Virus record (IMG/VR): IMGVR_UViG_3300037149_000068
Span: 1-24,878 of that record
Strand: one strand, 5' to 3'
DNA: 24,878 nucleotides
Source of the DNA: a virus
Lineage: Duplodnaviria; Caudoviricetes
In this document: positions 15,620 to 24,204 of the stretch, piece by piece
Position numbering within the stretch: position 1 is the first letter of the stretch
How the letters are laid out: each line of letters starts with the position of its first letter
Notes under the pieces: generated by a model
Database searches by the model: none
Told to the model about the DNA's origin: nothing
Seen by the model: only the letters and a program-made list of their open reading frames with translations
Program-made: the position numbers and the translations under genes

Positions 15620-18600
15620 GCATGCGGGCACTCACTCTCAACCTCTATTCCAACCAGGGGACCTCCGCCGCAGGTTCGCTCAAGGTAATTTCGGACCAGC
15701 TCATCGAACTGGCCGACGTTACGCAGGAAGTGGACAGCACCGGCAACCTGTCCAAGATCACGCCCGGCACCCTGACGGCCAAGGTGGGCGACCCGGATGG
15801 CAGCATCTGGAACTTCATCCAGAACAGCATCGCCCTCCCGCTGACCACGGCCGGCGCGGCCCAGGGCGTGCTGCCCCCGTGGCTGGAACTCTACGCCGGG
15901 GGCACCAGGATGTTCCTCGGCGCCGTGGACATGGCGGCCCTGAAGAACATCCAGCGGGCCGAGGACTACAGCATCGAGTTCAAGGTCAACGACTGGTCCA
16001 TGGGACTGGCGTCCACCTACCTCGGCGCACCGACCTCCCTGACCTGGGAGCCCGACACCGTCTACGCGGTGAACACCAAAGTCCTCAACGGGGCGAACAC
16101 CTACATCTGCACCACCGCCGGAACATCCGCCACCTCGGGGGGCCCTATCGGCGTGGGGTCCTACCAGGACGGCACGGCCGTGTGGGCCTACGTCACACCG
16201 GAATGGCAGCGCCCGGCACCGCTCACGGCCGTCAACGGCACGGCCGTGAGCCAGGCCGGGTTCAGCGGAAACTTCTACGCCCCGGCACAAATCGGCACCG
16301 GCCCCGGGTCGCTTTGGTATGGCCAGAACCTGAACGTCATTTTCTTCGCCGACCCCTGCGGCTGGGTCTACTCGGGTGCCACGATCTCCACCGATTACCC
16401 GGTGTTCCGGGTCACCTTCCCGACTGGGCCCATAACGACGCCCGACGTGCGGATCGGCAGCTACGGCGGAACGCTGACGGAGACCAGCTACAACGCGATG
16501 ACCTCCCAGATCGTCTACACCTGGACGCCACCCACCGGGGTGACCGGGCTCTTCCTCCCCAACGCCCAGTTCCCGGCGGGCACCATCGTGGCCAGCACCA
16601 CCGACGGCGTCGAATACCAGGTGGGAGGTTTGGCCGGGACGAAGGCCAACACCTGGATCACGCCACCTTACAACACCTCCCTGGCCCCCGGCGCTGGGTC
16701 CTTCTGGACGGTGGTAAGCACTGAAGACCAACAGGCACAGTGCATGGATTCCGACCGGGCGGTGACATCCTACTTGGCCGCGTGGACTACAGCCAGCCCG
16801 TGGCCGGCCGTCGGCCCAACGACGAACTACAAATACGGCCCGGCTCCCGGCAACTGGGAGACGAACGTCTCGCTGGTTGACGCGACATCCTCGGACCTCG
16901 ACTACTGGGTCGTCACCGTGGCCATCGCCAGCGGCGCATCCGACTGCTACACACTGAACCTCAACAGCGTCAATGGCATCGTGATGGGCGACGTGCTGAC
17001 CACGGTGGATGTTGATTCACCGGCCAGTATGACGGTGGCCTCGGTGGATCCCATCCTGCTGCAGATCAGGACCATCGAGGCGATTTCGAACATCGCGCTC
17101 GGGGCTCACGTCTACTGGGACAGCGACACCAAGCTGGACCTGGTTCGGGAGGATCCCAGGACCCTCCTGACCAGGGCCTGCTCGCCCTACAGCGTGGACA
17201 CCACGCAGTTCGTGGAGCCGGCCACCGACCGGCCCATGTTCTCCTTCCTGCCGCTGCGCGGACCTGGAGGGGCGCTCTACGCGGTGGGCGACCTGGACAT
17301 CACACCGGGCGGCCTCCTGCGGCCCCAGACGGGGGCCTATTGGCTGAACCCCGTCACGGACGCATGGCAACCCTCCTACGCCTGGACGGGCACCCCGGAC
17401 ACCGGGTGGTCGAACCCGACCGAGACCGCTCCTGCGACCCCGATGGCCGAGTGGACGTGCCAGCTGGTGAACGCCCCGAGCAGCCTCATGCCCTACGAGG
17501 TCCAGAGCCTGAACCCCTGGCAGCGGCTGCGGAATCGCTGTTACTGCGATACCACCTACCGGCGCGAGAACAACGGCCTGATCTACCTGGCCACGACAGG
17601 CGGCAACTTCTTCGTCCCCGGGGCCTACGTCAGCACCCAGGCCGGAACCTCCTACAACTACACGGTCACCATCGGCGGCGTCAACTACGCCAGCACCAAC
17701 AGCAACGACAACTTCACCCCGTGGTCCAACACATGGGCGGCCCAGGCCGGGGCCCTGGTGGTCTACGACTACGTTTCGATGCGCCGGCTCATTTTCAACG
17801 GCACATCGGGCGGATCCCCAGGCGCGGTTCAGCTATGCCCCTGGAGCGGATCCGCGTGGGGCTCGGCGTCCAACTACTCCTGGCCGAGCAGCGTGTCGGG
17901 CTCCAGCAGCTACGCTCAGTCGGCGGTCCCGATGATCGGGCTGGCCGGCGCTGCCCTGGCCTACATGGTCACGCCCAGCGGGTCTGCCTCCCCCACGGCC
18001 TCCGGAAGCACCCTCACCACATCCGCTGATCGGTTGGAACTGTGGGGCTTCAGCGGAGGCCTGCTGGCGTCCCTGGACCTAAGTAACCACACCGCCCTCC
18101 TCGGCGGAACGCTCGTTACCACACCCTACGGGGTCTACCTGGTGGGCGCTTCGGCCATCGCGCAGGTGGCCTACTCAGGAGGGGCGCTGGTCCTGACCAC
18201 CGCGTATCTTACCGATGCGGTGTCCTGGCTGTTCGCCAACACCCTGGTCGCGCGGACCTCAGGGGAGCTGGTCATCATGGGCCGCCTCGATACCGGGACC
18301 GGGACGGGGACCGTCACGACCACCACCTGGCTGTTCCGGCTACAGGCTCCCCTCGCCAACAGCCTGGACGGCAGCGTGATCTTCTCCGAGCAGATCTCGA
18401 CCGGATCCCCGGCCACGGCCGCGGCTGTGCGCGACCCGAGCAAACCCGGCCGCATCGTCGGGCACATCGGCGGCAGCATGTGGCAGCTGGACACCGTCCG
18501 GCCGTTCTGCATCGCCCGGTGCCGGCCCTCGGGCATGACCGCCATGGAGCTTATTGAGCACGTCTGCCAGGCATTCGACGCCCTGGCGGTGCCCGACGCG

Positions 18601-19041
18601 AACGGGATCATGCACATCGTCAGCCGGGTGAACACCACCGCGGCCATCGACCTGGAGGTGAACCGGGTGTCCGTCGCCACCACGGCCTGTTGGGCTGAGT
18701 TCTCCAGCATCGTCCGGGTCACCGCTACTAGCGACGATTCCACCTACTACGATTCCTTCGGGCAGCAGGGCGGCATCAAGACGGAAGTCGACAATCACCC
18801 GCTCTGCTACTCCATGTCCGACTGCTCGGCCATGGCGGACGCCTGGTGCGATTGGCTGGGCGTCCCGCGCTTTGAGACGGAGGAGGAGTGGATCTACACC
18901 GACCCCTCCACCGCGGCCCCCTGGGAGGCCATCCCGCTATTCACCAAGGTGTGCGTCAGCGGGGGCAAGGCCGCGCACCTCATGTCCCTCTCCCAGTCCC
19001 TGGTCAAGGGGACCGCCACCGTCAAGACCTTGGAGGCATAG
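15616..19041 (+). CDS. Large tail-tip protein (hub/central fibre-like) with inserted carbohydrate-binding-like module
   Basis: 1141 aa, Thr/Ser/Gly-rich, follows the tape measure gene. Module WEPDTVYAVNTKVLNGANTYICTTAGTS...DGTAVW. Hub-like C-terminus (MTAMELIEHVCQAFDALAVPDANGIMHIVSR). Confidence 0.7.
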   Translation: MSMRALTLNLYSNQGTSAAGSLKVISDQLIELADVTQEVDSTGNLSKITPGTLTAKVGDPDGSIWNFIQNSIALPLTTAGAAQGVLPPWLELYAGGTRMFLGAVDMAALKNIQRAEDYSIEFKVNDWSMGLASTYLGAPTSLTWEPDTVYAVNTKVLNGANTYICTTAGTSATSGGPIGVGSYQDGTAVWAYVTPEWQRPAPLTAVNGTAVSQAGFSGNFYAPAQIGTGPGSLWYGQNLNVIFFADPCGWVYSGATISTDYPVFRVTFPTGPITTPDVRIGSYGGTLTETSYNAMTSQIVYTWTPPTGVTGLFLPNAQFPAGTIVASTTDGVEYQVGGLAGTKANTWITPPYNTSLAPGAGSFWTVVSTEDQQAQCMDSDRAVTSYLAAWTTASPWPAVGPTTNYKYGPAPGNWETNVSLVDATSSDLDYWVVTVAIASGASDCYTLNLNSVNGIVMGDVLTTVDVDSPASMTVASVDPILLQIRTIEAISNIALGAHVYWDSDTKLDLVREDPRTLLTRACSPYSVDTTQFVEPATDRPMFSFLPLRGPGGALYAVGDLDITPGGLLRPQTGAYWLNPVTDAWQPSYAWTGTPDTGWSNPTETAPATPMAEWTCQLVNAPSSLMPYEVQSLNPWQRLRNRCYCDTTYRRENNGLIYLATTGGNFFVPGAYVSTQAGTSYNYTVTIGGVNYASTNSNDNFTPWSNTWAAQAGALVVYDYVSMRRLIFNGTSGGSPGAVQLCPWSGSAWGSASNYSWPSSVSGSSSYAQSAVPMIGLAGAALAYMVTPSGSASPTASGSTLTTSADRLELWGFSGGLLASLDLSNHTALLGGTLVTTPYGVYLVGASAIAQVAYSGGALVLTTAYLTDAVSWLFANTLVARTSGELVIMGRLDTGTGTGTVTTTTWLFRLQAPLANSLDGSVIFSEQISTGSPATAAAVRDPSKPGRIVGHIGGSMWQLDTVRPFCIARCRPSGMTAMELIEHVCQAFDALAVPDANGIMHIVSRVNTTAAIDLEVNRVSVATTACWAEFSSIVRVTATSDDSTYYDSFGQQGGIKTEVDNHPLCYSMSDCSAMADAWCDWLGVPRFETEEEWIYTDPSTAAPWEAIPLFTKVCVSGGKAAHLMSLSQSLVKGTATVKTLEA

Positions 19042-19044
19042 AAC

Positions 19045-19509
19045 ATGCCGATCTTCCAACCGGGCACCCCCCGAATTGGCCTGCTGGCCAACGGCACCAG
19101 GTCGGCCACGCTCTGGCTGCCCATGCCGGACGAGGGCTACCCGACCCTGCAGTGGGAGCCCAAGGGCCAGGTGGTGGAGCTTTACGACGGCTCCGAGGTC
19201 TGGCGCCAGTTGGGCTGGATCCCCGTGATCGTCATGCGCTGGAGCGCCTACGACGACCGCCCTGGCGAGGGCTACACCCTCGGCATCGCTGACGGGCAGC
19301 GCCCGGCGATCACGGACCTCCTGAACATCCTGAGCTACGCCCCGGGCATGTTCAGCGTCTCCCCTGGGCCGGCGGCAGGCGGCTTCGTCGCGCAGTCCTG
19401 GAAGGAGAGCGCCATCGGGGTGATCGGCAACGCGGGCTATGCCAAGGGCCTGGAGGTCACCTTCCGGGGCGGGGCCATCTGCGCGAACAAGACCCTGGGG
19501 ACCTTCTAG
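19045..19509 (+). CDS. Tail protein, possibly distal tail (Dit/gpM-like)
   Basis: 154 aa, GGAGG RBS, beta-rich pattern VVELYDGSEVWRQLGW...GLEVTF. Confidence 0.55.
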   Translation: MPIFQPGTPRIGLLANGTRSATLWLPMPDEGYPTLQWEPKGQVVELYDGSEVWRQLGWIPVIVMRWSAYDDRPGEGYTLGIADGQRPAITDLLNILSYAPGMFSVSPGPAAGGFVAQSWKESAIGVIGNAGYAKGLEVTFRGGAICANKTLGTF

Positions 19510-21482
19510 TGGCGACGACTGTCCGGTATATCAAGGGCGGCATCCAGATGATCTGCGATGTCTCGGCCTACCCGGCCCCGGAGCCCCAGGCGGCTTGGCC
19601 GATCCCCGTGTTCGACTCCATCGAGTCCAGCCTCCTGGTCCTGTCCCTGGTCGCCGTTTCGGGGCAGAGCACCTCCGGCATCCAGGTGGCCAGCAGCGGG
19701 GTGCTTCCCAGCGCCTCCACGTGGACCCTCTATCACCAGGCCTATCAGGGCACCCCGGCCACGCTGCCCACGGCGACCTCCCAAACCGTGAGTGTGGACA
19801 GCACTGGCAACTTCGCGATCACGATCACAGCACCCCTGGCCGGGGCCACCCACAACTTCTGGCTGGCCCGGACGGATGCCGGCGGCCAGGTCGTCACCTA
19901 CCCCCTGAGCGAGATCACCACCCCGGTGGATCCAGCCACCACGGTCAACGCCCTGACGCAGGCCGCCCAGCTGTCCCTGGTGAGCCAGTGGACACAGGCG
20001 AAGGCCCTCCAGGCGGTCCTGGACGCCGACGCGACCACGCTCGGCGTCAGCCCCGCAGCCTACGACACCGCCATCTCCAATCTGTCCGCGACACTGGTCA
20101 CGGCCGGCGCGCCGGCCACCTGGGCGACGACCTGGCCCAGCACGGCAGTCTTCTACGCCCAGGGCATCCAGACGACCCTGGCCACCCTCTGGGGCACCGT
20201 CAGCGCGGCCCAGGCAACCCTCCAGGCGGCCCTCTACGCCGCCGCTTCTTCCAGCGCGGTCCCCTGCGCCATCGGTGACGGGGCCACGACCACGTTCCTG
20301 TATGCGGGCGGCACCGTGAAGATCAACGGCGTGGCCACCGTCGCCTTCACGGTCACCTCGGCCACCAGCACGATCACCTTCACGACCGCGCCGGCCCTGG
20401 GGGCCATCATCAGCGGCTGCACCACCAACGCCCAGGCCGAGGCCTCGGCGGCCCAGTCTGCGGTCGAGGCGGCTGCCATCCTGGTATCCCAGACGCAGGC
20501 AGCCGTGGCGGCGGCCACCGTCAGTGGACTGACCACCGTCTACACCAGCGGGCAGTCACAGCTCTCCTGGAATGCGCTCTCGATCTCGGGGGTGACCTAC
20601 GAGATCCGCCTGGGAACCACCTACGCATCCGCCGCGATCCTCGGCAACATCGCCGTTACCAATTTCGCCACGGTATCGGATGGCACCTATTGGGTGACCC
20701 CCAACTACAGCGGCACCTACGGCACCCCCGTGGCCATCGTGGTCACCGGAAGCACGCTGGTCACCAACGTCGTAGCCACCTCGAATGAATCCGGGAACGG
20801 CTGGCTCGGGGTTATGTCGGGCGGGGCCTTCTACGAGGCGGGGACGGGCCTCGCGCTGCAGGGCGCGGTCAAGAACGACAGCCTCACTGCGCTCAACGAC
20901 AGCGAGACAACCCAGACCTGGGACTTCAACGGGGGTGCGCAGTCGACGGGGGCCTACGAGGTCCCGTCCGCCGACTACGTTGACCTGGGCAACGTCCAGG
21001 TCTGCACCGTGAGCGCGACCTACACGGCCGCCAGCGAGGCCATCACCGCCGGCTTCGGGGGGACGCCGTCCGCCGACTGCGCGGTTCAGCTGTGGATCGC
21101 AGTCGCCCAGCAGAACGGGGTCTTCGGGGCATACCAGGTGTTCGTCCCCGGGCAGTATTCAGGGCGGATCTTCAAGATGAAGCTGGTCCTCACCAGCACC
21201 AATCCCAACGTCACGCCCCTGGCCCCGACCTTCACTTGGAGCGTGGATGTCCCTGACAAGATCCTCACCGGGACCGCCGTGGCCTGCCCCGCCACAGGCC
21301 TGACGGTCACCTACAGTTCCCCTTTCCAGATCCGCCCCAACCTCCAGATCACCATCCTTTCCGCCACCTCGGGGGACTACGCCGCGGTCACCGGGGACAC
21401 CGCTTCAGGCTTCACCGTCGTCTGCTACAACGCCAGCACCGCAGTGGCGAGAACGATTCACTGGTGCGCCCAGGCCTACTAA
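19509..21482 (+). CDS. Tail fibre / host-specificity protein (mosaic, gpJ C-terminal-like domains)
   Basis: 657 aa. IGDGATTTF...ITFTTAPALGAII beta module, FN3-like LSWNALSISGVTYEIRLG, and C-terminal FVPGQYSGRIFKMKL...ARTIHWCAQAY. Confidence 0.72.
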   Translation: MATTVRYIKGGIQMICDVSAYPAPEPQAAWPIPVFDSIESSLLVLSLVAVSGQSTSGIQVASSGVLPSASTWTLYHQAYQGTPATLPTATSQTVSVDSTGNFAITITAPLAGATHNFWLARTDAGGQVVTYPLSEITTPVDPATTVNALTQAAQLSLVSQWTQAKALQAVLDADATTLGVSPAAYDTAISNLSATLVTAGAPATWATTWPSTAVFYAQGIQTTLATLWGTVSAAQATLQAALYAAASSSAVPCAIGDGATTTFLYAGGTVKINGVATVAFTVTSATSTITFTTAPALGAIISGCTTNAQAEASAAQSAVEAAAILVSQTQAAVAAATVSGLTTVYTSGQSQLSWNALSISGVTYEIRLGTTYASAAILGNIAVTNFATVSDGTYWVTPNYSGTYGTPVAIVVTGSTLVTNVVATSNESGNGWLGVMSGGAFYEAGTGLALQGAVKNDSLTALNDSETTQTWDFNGGAQSTGAYEVPSADYVDLGNVQVCTVSATYTAASEAITAGFGGTPSADCAVQLWIAVAQQNGVFGAYQVFVPGQYSGRIFKMKLVLTSTNPNVTPLAPTFTWSVDVPDKILTGTAVACPATGLTVTYSSPFQIRPNLQITILSATSGDYAAVTGDTASGFTVVCYNASTAVARTIHWCAQAY

Positions 21483-21494
21483 GGAGCCTCTTGC

Positions 21495-22412
21495 ATGTCC
21501 GCAGCCCCCGTCATCAACAATGACTTTCCGGCCAATGTCCGGGCAGCGATCAACGCCGCCCTGGTGGCCTGTTTCGATGCCGCCGTCCACCAGGCGAACG
21601 CCTACACCGCCGGGGGCACCGCGACCGCGTTCACGCTGACCCCGACGCCGGCCCTGGCGGCCAACGCCAACAACGTCCGCTACAGCGTCAACTTCGGCTT
21701 GGCGGCAGGCACGAACCCCACGCTCTCGGTGTCGGGCCAGCCGGCGCTGCCCCTGATGATGTATGGCTCCGCTGGGGCGCTCATTCCGGCCACCTGGACC
21801 GGAAGCCTCATCACCGACGTTCAGTGCGACGGGACGCACTGGATCGTGCTGGATCCTCCCTTCCCGGCGGCAATCTCGGCCGCCACCGCCGCTCTCACGG
21901 GAGCGCTCACCGCAACCGGCGCAACGCTGTCCGGTGCGCTCAACGCCGCGAGCGCGGCTATCACGGGCACGGTGTCCGCCGCCACCTTCTCGGGCTCCGG
22001 GAGTGGGCTCACCGGAACGGCCAACAGCCTGACGGCGGGAGCTGCCAACTCGGTCGCCTGGGGCAACGTGAGTGGGCGCCCCACCGACCTGGGCTCGTTC
22101 ACGAATGGGCCTGGCTACGCTACGGCAGCGTCGATGTTTAGTTCGTTTAACTCGCTATCTCCTACTAGCGGCACGACCTACACGAATAGCACCGGAAAGC
22201 CCATGTTGGTGATGGTGAACGTGAGTTACGGTTCGTCTACCACTCTCTATACCTCATATTTATACGTCAATTCTACTGTCGTAGCCCAGGGCATAACTCT
22301 TCCAAGTAATAGCGGTGCATTTGCCATGGTGGCCATGGTCCCGCCCGGTGGAACGTGGAGCGTAACCAAGGGCGGCTCTGGCGGGGGTCTTTCCGGCTAC
22401 GGCGTTTACTAG
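21495..22412 (+). CDS. Tail fibre / receptor-binding protein
   Basis: 305 aa, AAGGAG RBS, Gly/Ala/Thr-rich shaft, FSGSGSGLT and VAWGNVSGRP repeats, C-terminal GTTYTNSTGKPMLV tip domain. Confidence 0.78.
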   Translation: MSAAPVINNDFPANVRAAINAALVACFDAAVHQANAYTAGGTATAFTLTPTPALAANANNVRYSVNFGLAAGTNPTLSVSGQPALPLMMYGSAGALIPATWTGSLITDVQCDGTHWIVLDPPFPAAISAATAALTGALTATGATLSGALNAASAAITGTVSAATFSGSGSGLTGTANSLTAGAANSVAWGNVSGRPTDLGSFTNGPGYATAASMFSSFNSLSPTSGTTYTNSTGKPMLVMVNVSYGSSTTLYTSYLYVNSTVVAQGITLPSNSGAFAMVAMVPPGGTWSVTKGGSGGGLSGYGVY

Positions 22413-22421
22413 GAGAACACA

Positions 22422-22847
22422 ATGGCTTATTTCATCGACCCATCTACGGGGGCGAATTATTGGTATGCCGATGACGGCAGCCAGACGGCATTCATGAAGC
22501 CCGGCCTGGTGGCCGCCACGGCCGCCCAGGTCGAGGCGATCACGAACCCGCCCCCGCCGGCCCCAGTGGAGGCCGACTTCGTCGCCGCCGCCCAGAACCT
22601 GATGGACACGGGCGCGCAGAGTCTGGGCTACGACAACATCCTGTCCCTGGCCTCCTACCTCAACAGCAGCAATGCCACGTTCAAGGCCCAAGCGGCCGCC
22701 GGGATCGCCTGGCGGGACGCGGTCTGGACCGAGGGCTACACCATCCTGGCCGCGATCAAGGCCGGGACCACGACCGCCCCCGCCACCACGGCCGCCTTCG
22801 TGGCCCTGCTGCCCACCGTCACCTGGCCCACCACAGCCACCAGCTAG
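22422..22847 (+). CDS. Tail fibre assembly chaperone-like protein
   Basis: 141 aa, AGGAG RBS, follows the fibre gene. LGYDNILSLASY...AWRDAVW motif. Confidence 0.7.
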   Translation: MAYFIDPSTGANYWYADDGSQTAFMKPGLVAATAAQVEAITNPPPPAPVEADFVAAAQNLMDTGAQSLGYDNILSLASYLNSSNATFKAQAAAGIAWRDAVWTEGYTILAAIKAGTTTAPATTAAFVALLPTVTWPTTATS

Positions 22848-22855
22848 GAGAACGC

Positions 22856-23320
22856 ATGCTATACAGTGAAGTCCGGGGCCAGATCCGCACCGGGGACCTG
22901 ATCTTCTTCCACGGGCGTGGCGCGGTCACCGACGTGATCCGCATCGCCACCAGGAGCGACTTCGCCCATGTGGCCCTGGCCTGGGTGGTGGCTGGGCGCG
23001 TCCTGGTCATCGAGGCCCGGGAGAAGGGCGGCGTCCAGATCCACGCCCTGTCCAGCCGCCTGGGCGACGGCGCGTCCTGGCTGAAGGTGCCCCCGGCCTA
23101 CCCCCTGGACCTCCCCCGGGCCATCCTGGACCTGGACAAGCCCTACTCCCTCCTCAACTGCATCCGCGCCTTCTTCGGCCTACCGGGCATCAAGAACCGC
23201 TTCGAGTGCGCCCAGCTGGCCGCCGCGGCCCTGCATCTCCCGGGGAACGGGGGCTGGACGCCACAGCAGGTTCGCGAGCAGTTCGCCGAGGTCCTGACGG
23301 TTTCCCTGGAGGAAGCGTGA
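22856..23320 (+). CDS. Permuted papain-like NlpC/P60 enzyme (YiiX/YebB-like)
   Basis: IRTGDLIFF, FAHVAL (His), KPYS and FECAQL (Cys after His, the permuted order). AGGAG RBS. Confidence 0.8.
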   Translation: MLYSEVRGQIRTGDLIFFHGRGAVTDVIRIATRSDFAHVALAWVVAGRVLVIEAREKGGVQIHALSSRLGDGASWLKVPPAYPLDLPRAILDLDKPYSLLNCIRAFFGLPGIKNRFECAQLAAAALHLPGNGGWTPQQVREQFAEVLTVSLEEA

Positions 23321-23478
23321 GGGACGTCCAGCATTCGCCGCCTACCGCCGAGCGCACCCTGCGCGCCGCCCATGCGCTCGGCGCCTGACTGCCCGCTCCA
23401 CGCAGCACCCAAGCGGAGGCCCCGGCGCTCAAGGCGACCCGGGGCCTGTGCTGTGTGGTTTCCGCAGCAGCTGCGGAT

Positions 23479-23742
23479 TCAGTCCAACTGCTCTTTGGCT
23501 GCTGGGGGATTGGCCGCAATGGCCGCGCGGATGTTTTCCTCGACGGAGGATGTATGGGCTGTATCCGCCTTTTTGATTTCCTGAATGCCCCTGAGAATGA
23601 AGTAGGGCACCCCGACGCCTGCGAGGGAAAATCCGGCCGCCGCAATCTGTTGGGGTGCTTCATGCGCTCCCATGTACATGAAGAACCCGCCGATACCGAT
23701 CGAGGCCGCGACGAAGGCATAAATGGTCCAGATGGTTTTCAT
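23479..23742 (-). CDS. Small two-TM membrane protein (accessory/moron)
   Basis: 87 aa from ATG 23742 (MKTIWTIYAFVAASIGIGGFF) with a GGAG RBS. Opposite strand to the late operon. Confidence 0.72.
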   Translation of the reverse strand: MKTIWTIYAFVAASIGIGGFFMYMGAHEAPQQIAAAGFSLAGVGVPYFILRGIQEIKKADTAHTSSVEENIRAAIAANPPAAKEQLD

Positions 23743-23798
23743 ATACAACTCCACGGTGGTGAGGGCCACGCAAACAATTGGTAACAGCGGATGCTCGG

Positions 23799-23828
23799 AG
23801 CCTACACCTGGAACCTCGCGTGTGGCAA
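23799..23828 (-). promoter_or_regulatory. Candidate sigma70 promoter for the membrane protein gene
   Basis: TTGCCA-N18-TAGGCT on the minus strand. Confidence 0.5.
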
Positions 23829-23857
23829 CCACATGTTGCGACAGGTGATTTTGCGGG

Positions 23858-23885
23858 TTGCACCGTGAAGAATCCCAATTAGGCT
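23858..23885 (+). promoter_or_regulatory. Candidate sigma70 promoter for RNA element copy 1
   Basis: TTGCAC-N16-TAGGCT. The predicted start near 23892 coincides with the 5' boundary of the repeat unit. Confidence 0.5.
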
Positions 23886-23892
23886 GGTGGTT

Positions 23893-24095
23893 GGGCTTCG
23901 AAACCCTCAACAGCCGGACCTCGCCCGTGGCGAGGACATCCCTCTCGGGATTCCGGCTGAATAGAACACCCTTCGGGGAAATAGGCTGGGCCGTAGCTGT
24001 TGGCGGTTCGAAGGTCCCGAGTCCAGGGCTGATGTATCGGCATCCTGCCGCCGCGCGGCGCTTGGCCGTCGCCCCGGTAACTGGGGCCTGGAGAA
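23893..24095 (+). ncRNA. Structured RNA-like element, copy 1 (family unassigned)
   Basis: Diverged direct repeat of 24205-24406 with multiple compensatory stem changes. G-U pairs and a cUUCGg loop favour the plus strand. Confidence 0.78.
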
Positions 24096-24204
24096 TCTAT
24101 GTCGCCACCCTGCAGGGTCAGTGGTCGTCTCATGCCAATGGTATATAATCGGGCCATAAAATAAACAATTCCCCACCGCCCGGTTCCTGACGATACTTCA
24201 TGCA

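Noticed and set aside
2100-16731. Long minus-strand and alternative-frame ORFs (e.g. 2100-3212, 6581-7702, 7970-9283, 8952-11006, 13736-14809, 15460-16731)
   Set aside because: Shadow ORFs of GC3-rich structural genes, with no RBS or recognisable motifs.
24144-24149. Perfect TATAAT between the two RNA units as a promoter
   Set aside because: No convincing -35 or extended -10 at proper spacing. Not excluded, but not supportable as a feature.
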